This document shows, one piece after another, positions 1 to 8,877 of a stretch of 64,000 bases of DNA. Below the pieces are notes generated by a model, which saw only the letters and a program-made list of their open reading frames with translations, did not search any database and was not told the DNA's origin. Position 1 is the stretch's first letter. The number at the start of each line of letters is the position of its first letter. The translations under genes and the position numbers were made by a program. The stretch is from Deltaproteobacteria bacterium (GTDB lineage Bacteria > SAR324 > NAC60-12): positions 21,445 to 85,444 of the forward strand of contig JAYOTF010000010.1 of the NCBI GenBank assembly GCA_038150265.1. The letters run 5' to 3'.

Positions 1-976
1 CGTCTGCCTGAATGCCCTTGTGCAGGAGTGCGGCAAGGTGAAGCTCTTCAAACAGGTTGACGTTGTTGTTGCTCGCGTGCCCATCGGTGCCCAGCGCCAC
101 AGTGACCCCTTTCGCCAGTAACTGCGGGATGGGGGCCACCCCATTGGCCAGCTTGAGGTTGCTGGTGGGATTGTGCAGCACCTTGACCTGGTACTCGGCC
201 AGCAGGCTCTGATCCGCCTCATCAACATGAACACAGTGGGCGGCAGCCGTCGGACGCTCCAGCACGCCGAGGTCCGCCAGGTACTGCACCGGCGTTTTTC
301 CATGGGCGCCCCGGGAGTTTGCCACCTCCTCCCGGCTTTCTGAGACATGAATGTGCAGGCCGATGTTCCGACGCTGTGCCTCCTGAGCCGCTTCCTTGAG
401 GTACCCGGCGCTGCAGAGGTAGGGGGAATGAGGGCCCAGCTGTACGGTGAGGCGGCCTCCCGCCTTTCCATGCCAGGTGTCGTGCAGGTGGGTCGCTTCC
501 TTGAAGAGGAAGGCCCCCAGCTCAGGATTCGGATCCAGCAGACCTCCGCAGAGGCAGGCTCGGATTCCGGACTCTTCCACCCCCCGAGCCACCTGGTCCA
601 TGAAGAAGTACATGTCGAGGAAGCTCGTCACCCCCGCCTGCAGCAACTCGAGCACGCCCAAACGGGTGCCCGCGTACACGTGCTCGGCGGAAAGGTGATC
701 CTCCATCGGCTTGATGCGCTCCATCAGCCAGGGCCAGAAGGGCAGGTCGTCTGCATAATTCCGGAACAGCGCCATCGGGATGTGCGTGTGGGCGTTGACC
801 AGTCCAGGCAGCACAAGGTGGTCGGTGCCGTCCACAGTTTCATCAGGCACAAAGCCATCGGGGACGGTGCCCACTCCCACCAGGCGATCGCCTGCCATCG
901 CAAGGGGGGCCGCAGGGTAAACCGTGTCGGTCGGGTCAACCGTCAGGAGGGTCGCATTTTCAATGAGCCGGTTCAT
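1..976 (-). CDS. Amidohydrolase, MTA/SAH deaminase (MtaD)-like; runs off the window edge
   Basis: Manual minus-strand translation from ATG at 976: MNRLIENATLLTVD...LPGLVNAHTHIPMALFRNYADDL (HxH metal motif) and ALGTDGHASNNNVNLFEE. Missing from the ORF track because it is truncated. Confidence 0.85.
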   Translation of the reverse strand, partial: MNRLIENATLLTVDPTDTVYPAAPLAMAGDRLVGVGTVPDGFVPDETVDGTDHLVLPGLVNAHTHIPMALFRNYADDLPFWPWLMERIKPMEDHLSAEHVYAGTRLGVLELLQAGVTSFLDMYFFMDQVARGVEESGIRACLCGGLLDPNPELGAFLFKEATHLHDTWHGKAGGRLTVQLGPHSPYLCSAGYLKEAAQEAQRRNIGLHIHVSESREEVANSRGAHGKTPVQYLADLGVLERPTAAAHCVHVDEADQSLLAEYQVKVLHNPTSNLKLANGVAPIPQLLAKGVTVALGTDGHASNNNVNLFEELHLAALLHKGIQAD

Positions 977-1121
977 CGCAGATTTTCACACACAAGGGGC
1001 CCTTCCGGAGAAGGAGAAGCAGTCACCAGGAATGCAGGGCATCTTTCCTGAGAAAGGGCATCAATTCAAGAGCTTTCCCGGACACGGCCCGTTTTTTCCA
1101 CGACTGGGCGGGTTCTCACCC

Positions 1122-1150
1122 TTGCAAGTTCCCAGGGCCTCCCTTACAGT
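1122..1150 (+). promoter_or_regulatory. Putative sigma70 promoter of gcvT
   Basis: TTGCAA-N17-TACAGT ending 30 nt before the gcvT ATG; GGAG RBS at 1171. Confidence 0.5.
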
Positions 1151-1179
1151 TGCTCGCTGTTTCACTTATTGGAGATTCT

Positions 1180-2277
1180 ATGGCGGAGCTTAAGAAAACC
1201 CCGTTTCATGCGATGCATCTGGAGCACGGGGCGATGATGGTGGACTTTGGGGGCTGGCACATGCCCGTGCGCTACAGTGGCGACAAGAAGGAGCACCAGG
1301 CGGTCCGAGAAGCCGTTGGGCTCTTTGATGTCAGCCACATGGGGGAAATTGCAATCCGGGGCAAACAGGCCCTTGCGCTCCTTCAGTACCTGACCTGCAA
1401 CGACGTTGCGCGCCTGGACCCGGGGAAGATCCACTACAACGTCCTGATGAGCCCCCAGGGCGGATTTCTTGACGACGTCCTGATCTACCATCGGGGCGAC
1501 CGGGACTACCTGGTGGTGGTCAATGCGGCCAACCGCGAGAAGGACTTTGCCTGGATCCGGGAGCAGAACGAACGCTTCAGTGCCGAAATCGCAGATGAGA
1601 GCGATGACTGGTGTCAGCTGGCGATTCAGGGGCCCAAGGCGGTTGACGTGCTGGAAGCCCTCACGGCCCTGCCGGTCCGGGACATGCGTTACTACCGTTT
1701 TGCCGAAGGCGAGGTCTGTGACGTGCCCATGATCGTCAGCCGGACCGGTTACACGGCTTCTGACGGGTTTGAGATCTACTTTGCCACGGAGCATGCCGAA
1801 GCCGTCTGGAAGCACGTCATGGACGCCGGAGCCCCGCATGGCCTGATTCCCTGTGGACTTGGCGCGCGCGACAGCCTCCGGATCGAGGGCGCCATGCACC
1901 TCTATGGCAACGAAATGAACGAAGACACCACGGTCCTTGAAGCCGGACTCAAGTGGGTGGTCAAGCTCGACAAGGGCAAGTTCATTGGCAAGGACCGCCT
2001 GGAAGAGCAGCAGCAAGACGGTGTGCCCAAGCGGTTGGTCGGCTTTGAAATGGTCGAGTTTGGCATTCCCCGGCACGGCTACCCCGTCTGGCACGGCGAC
2101 ACACAGGTGGGAGAGGTCACCAGCGGCATCCTCTCCCCGACCCTCAACAAGGCGGTTGGCCTGACCTACGTCCCGGCCTCGCTGGATGCTCCCGGAACCC
2201 TGCTGGAGGTCGAAATTCGCAAAAAACGCATCCCGGCTCGGATTGTCCCGACGCCGTTTTACCGTGTGAAACGCTGA
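1180..2277 (+). CDS. gcvT: Glycine cleavage system aminomethyltransferase T
   Basis: LKKTPFH, MVDFGGWHMPVRY, GLFDVSHMGEI, SRTGYT, GLGARDSLRIE motifs; GGAG RBS before ATG 1180. Confidence 0.95.
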   Translation: MAELKKTPFHAMHLEHGAMMVDFGGWHMPVRYSGDKKEHQAVREAVGLFDVSHMGEIAIRGKQALALLQYLTCNDVARLDPGKIHYNVLMSPQGGFLDDVLIYHRGDRDYLVVVNAANREKDFAWIREQNERFSAEIADESDDWCQLAIQGPKAVDVLEALTALPVRDMRYYRFAEGEVCDVPMIVSRTGYTASDGFEIYFATEHAEAVWKHVMDAGAPHGLIPCGLGARDSLRIEGAMHLYGNEMNEDTTVLEAGLKWVVKLDKGKFIGKDRLEEQQQDGVPKRLVGFEMVEFGIPRHGYPVWHGDTQVGEVTSGILSPTLNKAVGLTYVPASLDAPGTLLEVEIRKKRIPARIVPTPFYRVKR

Positions 2278-2425
2278 TTGCTTCGGTTTTCGTTTTTTCT
2301 CTGGACATGTTGCAGGGCCGGGGGCTAGATTAGTCGCGACCCGTGCAAGCGACACGATTCGGAACCCCCTTTTTTGACCGCCCCCGCGCGGCCCCCTTAT
2401 CAAACGCCCATCGAGGAGCAGGATA

Positions 2426-2812
2426 ATGAGCCAGGTGCCAGACGACCTGTTGTACACAAAAGAGCACGAATGGATCCGCATCGAAGGATCCAAGGCGTAC
2501 ATCGGCATTACCGAGTATGCGCAGAAGTCTCTGGGTGACATTGTGTACGTCGAAATGCCGAACATTGATGATGAATTCGAGTCTGGAGAAGAATTCGGAA
2601 CCATTGAGTCGGTCAAAGCGGTCTCTCCCCTCTACCTGCCGGTGGGTGGACGGGTGATCGACTTCAATCAGGAGCTCAAGGACCGCCCCGAGTTGGTGAA
2701 TGAAGACTGCTACGATGAGGGCTGGCTGATCCGGATCAACGTCCGGGGAGAAGAGGGACAAGAGGACCTCCTCTCAGCAGACGAGTACGAGGAATTCCTC
2801 AAAGAATCCTGA
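2426..2812 (+). CDS. gcvH: Glycine cleavage system H protein
   Basis: YTKEHEW, GITEYAQKSLGDIVYVE and lipoyl-lysine motif IESVKA. Confidence 0.95.
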   Translation: MSQVPDDLLYTKEHEWIRIEGSKAYIGITEYAQKSLGDIVYVEMPNIDDEFESGEEFGTIESVKAVSPLYLPVGGRVIDFNQELKDRPELVNEDCYDEGWLIRINVRGEEGQEDLLSADEYEEFLKES

Positions 2813-2829
2813 GCCTCCACTCCTCCTCC

Positions 2830-4380
2830 ATGGCTTCATCACCGCGGAACGTGCTCTTCATCACGGCAGATCAGTGGCGAGGAGACACGCTCGGATGTGT
2901 CGGACATCCGGTTGTGCAGACCCCGCACCTCGACCAGCTGGCCCAGGAAGGGGTGCTCTTCCGCAACCACTGGACCCAGACCGCTCCCTGCAGTCCTGCC
3001 CGGGCGTCTCTCTACACCTCCCTCTACCTGATGAACCACCGGGTTGCCAACAACGGCACCCCACTGGACCGACGGCTGACCAACTTTGCGCTGGAGGCCC
3101 GCAAGCAGGGCTACGACCCCACGCTCTTTGGCTACACCGACATGTCGGCAGACCCCCGGGAGCACGACCGGAACGACCCCAGGCTGAAAACCTACGAGGG
3201 CGTCCTTCCGGGCATGAGCGTCGGAGTCTCCCTGACCGAGAGCGAGAAGCCCTGGCTCGCCTGGCTCAAGACCCTGGGCTACGAAGGCCTGAACGCCGAA
3301 TCCGTTTACCGGCCTCTGCAATCAGCGCCACCCGGAGCAGGGGTCACGGCTCCGCCCGCCCGCTACCCCAGGGAACACAGCAACACGGCCTTTCTCTGTG
3401 GCGAGCTGCTGAAGTGGCTCAGCGTCCGGGAAGAGGAACCGTGGCTGGCGCACCTGTCGCTGCTGCGGCCGCATCCTCCATGGATTGCTCCGGAGCCTTA
3501 CAGCTCGCAGTACGACCCTGCTGACGTTCCGCTCCCGGCCCGAGGTCCGTCGGCTGCCCAGGAAGGCGAACAGCACTTGCTGCTGAAGACGCTTCATGAG
3601 ATCATCCCCATGAGCGCCTTTCACCGGGAAGGACAGGGCCCTGCCGCCGAGGCTTCCGAACAGGACGTCCGGCAGGCCCGAGCCACCTACTACGGGTTGA
3701 TCAGCGAAGTGGATGCCCAACTCGGGAAGCTCTTTGCCTACCTCAAGGAGTCCGGACAGTGGGACCGCACCCTCGTGATCTTTACCACCGATCATGGGGA
3801 GATGCTGGGAGACCACTACCTCTTTGGCAAGCAGGGCTACTTCGACGGCGCGGCTCACATTCCGTTGATCATTCATGATCCGGATCATCCGGAAACCTTC
3901 GGCACCACCGTCGAGGCCTTCACGGAGACCATTGACACCACTCCCACCCTGCTGGAGTGGATCGGGGCCACCCCGCCCCAGCAGTTTGATGGACTCTCGC
4001 TGATGCCCTTCCTCAGGGGCCAGGTTCCGGAACGCTGGCGAGATGCGGTGCACTTCGAGTTCGACTTCCGGGAAATCGGCTCCCTGCAGCCGATGATCCT
4101 CGAACGCTTTGGGCTCTACCCCGACCAGTGCACACTCTGTGTTCTGCGAGATGAACACTTCAAGTATGTCCACTTCACGGCGCTGCCTCCGCTGCTCTTT
4201 GACCTGAAGGCCGACCCTCAGGAACTGAACAACCTGGCGGAGCATCCGGATTACCAGGCCACAGTCCTGAAGTACGCCCAAAGGATGCTGTCGTGGACGT
4301 TCAACCACCGGGATCGCACTCTTGTCAACATCAGCTACGAATCCGGAACCCCCCTCTCTTGGGAAGGACCTCGGTTCTGA
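2830..4380 (+). CDS. Alkaline phosphatase/sulfatase superfamily enzyme, phosphonate monoester hydrolase-like
   Basis: NVLFITADQWRGD, formylglycine motif CSPARASLYT, LYLMNHRV..NGTPLD, RPHPP, TDHGEMLGDH, KYVHFTALPPLLFDL. Confidence 0.8.
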   Translation: MASSPRNVLFITADQWRGDTLGCVGHPVVQTPHLDQLAQEGVLFRNHWTQTAPCSPARASLYTSLYLMNHRVANNGTPLDRRLTNFALEARKQGYDPTLFGYTDMSADPREHDRNDPRLKTYEGVLPGMSVGVSLTESEKPWLAWLKTLGYEGLNAESVYRPLQSAPPGAGVTAPPARYPREHSNTAFLCGELLKWLSVREEEPWLAHLSLLRPHPPWIAPEPYSSQYDPADVPLPARGPSAAQEGEQHLLLKTLHEIIPMSAFHREGQGPAAEASEQDVRQARATYYGLISEVDAQLGKLFAYLKESGQWDRTLVIFTTDHGEMLGDHYLFGKQGYFDGAAHIPLIIHDPDHPETFGTTVEAFTETIDTTPTLLEWIGATPPQQFDGLSLMPFLRGQVPERWRDAVHFEFDFREIGSLQPMILERFGLYPDQCTLCVLRDEHFKYVHFTALPPLLFDLKADPQELNNLAEHPDYQATVLKYAQRMLSWTFNHRDRTLVNISYESGTPLSWEGPRF

Positions 4381-4414
4381 CCGCTCGCGCAAGGACGCGT
4401 CTAATCGGCCAAGG

Positions 4415-5611
4415 ATGGCCTTGAGCGGTCCAGAACCGGAGGTAATCGTCATTGGAGGCGGCCCAGCCGGTCTGGCCTCAGCGATCGCCTTTGCCCGCCA
4501 GCACCTCCGGGTTTGGGTGCTGGAGCCTCGCCCCTATCCCATTGTCAAACCGTGCGGAGAGGGCATCATGCCCACGGGCCTGGAACAGCTCCAGGAGTTG
4601 GGCGTGCTGCCCTTTCTTCAAGAAGTCCCGCACCTTCCCTTTCTCGGCATCACGTACATCTCGGCAGGAGGGGTCACCGCGACCTCCTCGTTTCAGGAAG
4701 GTCCGGGGTGGGGGGTGAAGCGTGACGCGCTCTCTCAGGCGCTTGAGCACGCTGCGGCTGCCTGCAGCACCCTGACGATCCTCCCTCTGAAAGCAACGGT
4801 TGCCCTCACCCCAGACGGTCCGGAGGTCCACACCGAAGCAGGCTCCTGGCGTCCTCGCCTGGTCGTGGGAGCCGATGGCCTGGCGTCTCAGGTCCGGAAG
4901 GCCGCCGGGTTGGGAAAGCCTCGGGGGCGCCTGCAGCGGTGGGGCGTGCGCCAGCACTTTCAGGTGTCCCCCTGGAGCGCCCATGTCGAGGTTCACTGGA
5001 AGTGGGGGGCGGAAGCGTATGTCACCCCAGTGGCTCCGGATCAGGTGGGAGTGGCCATCCTCTGGGACCGCGACCGCGTACCGCCGCAGGCTGCAGGAAA
5101 GCAGCTGTTTCACGACCGCTTGAGCCGATTTCCAGACCTGGCCGCTCGGCTGCAGGGCGTCCCTGCGACCGATGAGCCCCAGGCTGTGGGGCCGCTGCAC
5201 CGTCCGGCCCAAGGGGTCACCCGCCCAGGCCTGGCGCTGGTGGGTGACGCCTCCGGCTACCTTGATGCCATCACCGGCGAAGGCCTGAGCCTCGCCTTCA
5301 AGCAAGCGGTTGCTCTGGGAACGTGGGTCGGCCCAGCGGTCCGGTCGTCTCCAGCCGAACTCCAGTGGGCCTTGCAGCACTACGCAAGCGCTCATGCTGC
5401 GATGACCGCGCCCATTTACCAGGTCACCCGGATGGCTCTGCTGCTCCGGAACTTTCCCCGGCTGACGGATCGCCTCATGCGTGTCTTTCAGCAACATCCG
5501 GACTGGTTTCAGCACTTCCTTTCTGCCAACATGGGAGTGGTTCCTGCGTGGAAGCTTCCTCCTCAGGCCTGGCTCCGGATGCTCCAGGGCCTCGTGTTCT
5601 CACCGAAATGA
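4415..5611 (+). CDS. FAD-dependent oxidoreductase/monooxygenase
   Basis: VIVIGGGPAG, KPCGEGIMP, VGADGLAS and LVGDASGYLDAITGEGLSLA flavoprotein motifs. Confidence 0.85.
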   Translation: MALSGPEPEVIVIGGGPAGLASAIAFARQHLRVWVLEPRPYPIVKPCGEGIMPTGLEQLQELGVLPFLQEVPHLPFLGITYISAGGVTATSSFQEGPGWGVKRDALSQALEHAAAACSTLTILPLKATVALTPDGPEVHTEAGSWRPRLVVGADGLASQVRKAAGLGKPRGRLQRWGVRQHFQVSPWSAHVEVHWKWGAEAYVTPVAPDQVGVAILWDRDRVPPQAAGKQLFHDRLSRFPDLAARLQGVPATDEPQAVGPLHRPAQGVTRPGLALVGDASGYLDAITGEGLSLAFKQAVALGTWVGPAVRSSPAELQWALQHYASAHAAMTAPIYQVTRMALLLRNFPRLTDRLMRVFQQHPDWFQHFLSANMGVVPAWKLPPQAWLRMLQGLVFSPK

Positions 5612-5666
5612 GAAAACTTACGTGAGAAATTGACAATACCCGTGGATCTATGAGAAATTTATCTCA
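5609..5666 (+). promoter_or_regulatory. AT-rich promoter/operator with repeated TGAGAAA boxes and a TTGACA
   Basis: TGAGAAA at 5609, 5623 and 5651; TTGACA at 5630; inverted repeat TGAGAAA-TT-TATCTCA at 5651-5666. Confidence 0.5.
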
Positions 5667-5704
5667 CGTTTCCGGAACTCAAATAAGAGTTTTATCTCTT
5701 AAAT

Positions 5705-5744
5705 GACACCCTTGCGCTGAGTCAGTGGGGTGTTTCAATTTTCT
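5705..5744 (+). terminator. Possible intrinsic terminator hairpin
   Basis: GACACCC...GGGTGTT stem followed by TCAATTTTCT. Confidence 0.4.
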
Positions 5745-5934
5745 ACAAACCCCTGAGCCTGCCTGATTACTGGGGGCAGCGCCTTTTGAGGAGGGAGACT
5801 TTCCTGACTGGCCCAAGCTGGTAACGGGTTTGCAGCAAGTGACGCCGAAGTCCGCTGCAAGAGGGCAGAGTGATTTTGTAACTACTCGAAATTCCCTGCC
5901 TTTTCGCCCCTGTTACCTCATTTGGGAGAGTGTC

Positions 5935-6174
5935 ATGAAAGCGAAGAAACCTGATCTTTCTTCTCAGGAATTTGGAGAAGATCTCGAAAACGAGCAGAAG
6001 CAAAAAGAAGCGCAGCACCGCGAACTGGAAGACGCGATTCAGAAATTCCTGAGCAAGGGCCGGAGCATCAAGGTCCTGCCCCCTCAGGAGATCAAGAGCA
6101 AGACCGTGGTCGGAGGAGATCGCTGGGACGTTCCGGAGGTGCTGACTGAGATTCAACGCAACCCTCTGGATTGA
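5935..6174 (+). CDS. Small protein resembling the SutA RNA-polymerase-binding domain
   Basis: GGAG RBS, 79 aa; acidic N-terminus then KQKEAQHRELEDAIQKFLSKGRSIKVLPP. Confidence 0.6.
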   Translation: MKAKKPDLSSQEFGEDLENEQKQKEAQHRELEDAIQKFLSKGRSIKVLPPQEIKSKTVVGGDRWDVPEVLTEIQRNPLD

Positions 6175-6180
6175 TCCTTC

Positions 6181-6654
6181 ATGCCCAACTCCGTCACCCG
6201 CGAGTCCATTGACCTGAACGCGGTCCGCCAACGCGCCTTGCACCCACAAGCCGGCGCGGTGCTCCTCTTCTGCGGGGACATCCGCAACCACAGCGAAGGG
6301 CAATCGGTCACGGAGTTGGAATACGAGGCCCATGAAAGCATGGCGCTTCGCCAGATTGATCACATTACGGAAGAAGCGGCTCGGCGCTGGCCGGTGCACC
6401 ATGTCGAAGTGATCCATCGCTTTGGCCGCATGCAGATCATGGACTGCTCCATTGTGATCGCGGTTTCCACCTCTCACCGTGCCGACGCCTACGCCGCCAG
6501 CCGCTTCATCATCGACACCATCAAGCGATCGGTGCCGATCTGGAAGCGTGAGCACTTTGCCGACGGCTCCTCTGCCTGGAGCGCGGGCTCGGAAGCCTCC
6601 AGTGTGATGGATCCCGACCTGGAGCCCCCGACTGCCGTTCAGTCCCCTTCCTGA
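6181..6654 (+). CDS. moaE: Molybdopterin synthase catalytic subunit
   Basis: GAVLLFCGDIRNH, LEYEAHESMA, HRFG, HRADAY, IDTIKRSVPIWKREH. Confidence 0.93.
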   Translation: MPNSVTRESIDLNAVRQRALHPQAGAVLLFCGDIRNHSEGQSVTELEYEAHESMALRQIDHITEEAARRWPVHHVEVIHRFGRMQIMDCSIVIAVSTSHRADAYAASRFIIDTIKRSVPIWKREHFADGSSAWSAGSEASSVMDPDLEPPTAVQSPS

Positions 6655-6752
6655 AGCACCTCCTTTCAGTAATTCTCGCCATTCTCCATAAACTTGCTAT
6701 GCTGGGTCACAATTAGACCCATCTTGTCTCAGCCCTTCCCGACGCGGCCCTC

Positions 6753-7913
6753 ATGCAAGTTATCAAAGACGATCAAAGCCGAGAACCCTTCATCCGAGGC
6801 ATCTTTGCCTACAAACTCATTCAGCGGGGCATGAGCTTCGAGGATGCGTACCAGATTGCCAAGGATGCCAAGAATCGTCTGGCCAAGACTCAGGAGGTGC
6901 GTTCCTCAGACCTGCTTCAGCTGGCCGATCGCCTGGTTGCCGAGCGTTTTGGGGCCGAACGCCTTCAGCGCCTCAAGCCCCGGCTGGAGCCTCAGACCGC
7001 CCGCATTGTGGTGCAGCGCACCAACTCCGCCTCTCCGTTTTCCAAGGGGCTGATGACCCAGTCCATCACGGCGTCGGGGTTGCCTCCGGAGGAAGCCTAT
7101 CGGCTGGCGTATGAAATTGAATCGGAGCTGCATCAGTCCGGACGGACGAAGATCGACCACGAGGAGTTGTTCAAGCTGGTCACCCGCAAGATCAGCGAGC
7201 ATTATGGCAAGCAGACGGCAAGCCTCTATGGGCTCGCCAGCCGCATCAATCAGCTGGACCGTCCGGTGGTGCTGCTGATCGGAGGCGCGTCGGGCACCGG
7301 GAAGTCGACCCTTGCCACGGCCCTGGCCTCTCGGCTGGGCATCAACCAGGTCATTGGAACCGACTCCATCCGGGAGATCATGCGGATGGCCTTTTCGCGA
7401 GATCTGCTCCCCACGCTCCACCACTCCTCTACTGATGTCGGAAGCAAGCTGGAGCTTTCTGGCGCCCGGGAGTTTCAGCGCATGATTGCCGGCTTCATGC
7501 TCCAGTCGCAGCAGGTCAATGTGGGGGTGCAGGCGGTGATTTCCCGGTCCATTGAAGAGCGGACCAGCATCATTCTGGAAGGCGTTCACCTCATCCCGGC
7601 CATTGAGCAGGCCATGCGGATGAAGGAAACCCGGGCGTATCTGGTGCCCGTGGTGGTGACGTTGATCAGTGAGAAGGCTCACCGGAACCGCTTCCTGCAA
7701 CGCGGCGAGCAGGCCACCCTGCGGCCTTCTGAAAAGTACCTGCGTCGCTTTGAGAACATCCGGGAGGTCCACGATTACCTCCTGAGCTTCGGCAACCGCG
7801 AGGACCTGGACCTGATCAACAACGAGAACTTCGACCTCGCCATCAACGAACTCACCCAGACCATCATCAGCTCCCTCCACGAACAGGTCCAGCACTACAA
7901 GAAGCACCGGTAG
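6753..7913 (+). CDS. 2-phosphoglycerate kinase-like P-loop kinase with two ATP-cone-like domains
   Basis: PFIRGIFAYKL and PFSKGLMTQSI cone-like segments; LIGGASGTGKST, TDSIREIMR, IILEGVHLIP. Confidence 0.8.
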   Translation: MQVIKDDQSREPFIRGIFAYKLIQRGMSFEDAYQIAKDAKNRLAKTQEVRSSDLLQLADRLVAERFGAERLQRLKPRLEPQTARIVVQRTNSASPFSKGLMTQSITASGLPPEEAYRLAYEIESELHQSGRTKIDHEELFKLVTRKISEHYGKQTASLYGLASRINQLDRPVVLLIGGASGTGKSTLATALASRLGINQVIGTDSIREIMRMAFSRDLLPTLHHSSTDVGSKLELSGAREFQRMIAGFMLQSQQVNVGVQAVISRSIEERTSIILEGVHLIPAIEQAMRMKETRAYLVPVVVTLISEKAHRNRFLQRGEQATLRPSEKYLRRFENIREVHDYLLSFGNREDLDLINNENFDLAINELTQTIISSLHEQVQHYKKHR

Positions 7914-7937
7914 GCCCACTGACGGGGCGGCCCTCAG

Positions 7938-8354
7938 TCAGGCCGAGATCGCCTTGATGTTCTCCAGGATCTTCACGACGTTGGAGCGGACCAGCTTGAT
8001 GTCGAGGTCGTGGCCATCCTTGAAGTAGGGGTGGGTGTGGGGGTCAATGCCAAGCTTCTGCATCACCTTCATCATGAAGACCCGCTCCTCATCCTGAAAC
8101 TCCCCATCCGCACCGGCCACCAGCGCCAGCATGTCAATGAGGGCATTCTTGGCGTCATCGGAGGTCACCTGCTGGAGCATCGATCCCAACGACGGGTTTT
8201 GCTTGAGCTGCTGCTGCTCCTCTGGCGTAATGCGCCCCGCCTTGAAGGTGGCCATGAGGACTTTTTTTTCGGCAGGATGCATCTCCCCGTCTGAGTGCGC
8301 CAGGTGGCTCACCACACCAAGGATGGTCAGAAATTCTTCTCGATTGATCGACAT
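7938..8354 (-). CDS. TerB-family protein
   Basis: Two A.DG....E motifs: LAHSDGEMHPAE and VAGADGEFQDEE. Confidence 0.75.
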   Translation of the reverse strand: MSINREEFLTILGVVSHLAHSDGEMHPAEKKVLMATFKAGRITPEEQQQLKQNPSLGSMLQQVTSDDAKNALIDMLALVAGADGEFQDEERVFMMKVMQKLGIDPHTHPYFKDGHDLDIKLVRSNVVKILENIKAISA

Positions 8355-8456
8355 GAGTGCTCCAAAAGCGTAACCTGCACAGGCAGGCAAGGTTTGAGAC
8401 AAAGCCCGTTAAGCCGAGATCACTATAACGCACCCCAAGGAAGGTACAAGCAGAGG

Positions 8457-8864
8457 ATGGCGTTAGATTCCCGCTACGATCCCCAGTGGCCGACGATTTC
8501 CCGCACCGTCCGGGAGCTCTTTGGACAACGCTGTGCGCGCTGTGGCCAGGCCGGCCGCGCCAGTGACGTTCCGGAGGAGCGGCTGCAGGTGCATCACATC
8601 GACGAAAACCCGCAGAACAATGCGCTGGAGAACCTCATTCCCCTCTGCGCACGCTGCCACTTGCAGATCGAAAAGGAAGCCCGGCTGCATGCTCCGGGAG
8701 CCGGGTTCCAGTTGGAACTCTTTTGCGAGACCAGCTACTTTCACCAGATGCAAGAAATGCGTCACCAGGCCCTGCAGCAGGCAAAACAGTTGTCCGCGCC
8801 CTCCGTTCGGGAGATGAGCGATGAGGAATACGAGCAGTATCGCGACCACTGGGAGCACGAGTGA
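8457..8864 (+). CDS. HNH endonuclease
   Basis: RCARCG...LQVHHIDENPQNNALENLIPLCARCH; GAGG RBS before ATG 8457. Confidence 0.85.
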   Translation: MALDSRYDPQWPTISRTVRELFGQRCARCGQAGRASDVPEERLQVHHIDENPQNNALENLIPLCARCHLQIEKEARLHAPGAGFQLELFCETSYFHQMQEMRHQALQQAKQLSAPSVREMSDEEYEQYRDHWEHE

Positions 8865-8877
8865 AGCGGGCCGTGCC

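Noticed and set aside
977..1179. Glycine riboswitch upstream of gcvT
   Set aside because: GGAGA-rich text is present, but the CCGAAG and CTCTCAGG aptamer cores are missing, and the likely promoter is only 30 nt from the ATG.
5745..5934. Moco riboswitch or 6S RNA upstream of the moaE operon
   Set aside because: Some pairing is possible (AAACCC/GGGTTT), but I could not match either consensus by eye; an Rfam scan is needed.
7938..8864. TerB plus HNH as a defence island or mobile element
   Set aside because: The genes are divergent, composition is host-like, and no integrase, methylase or other defence genes are adjacent.
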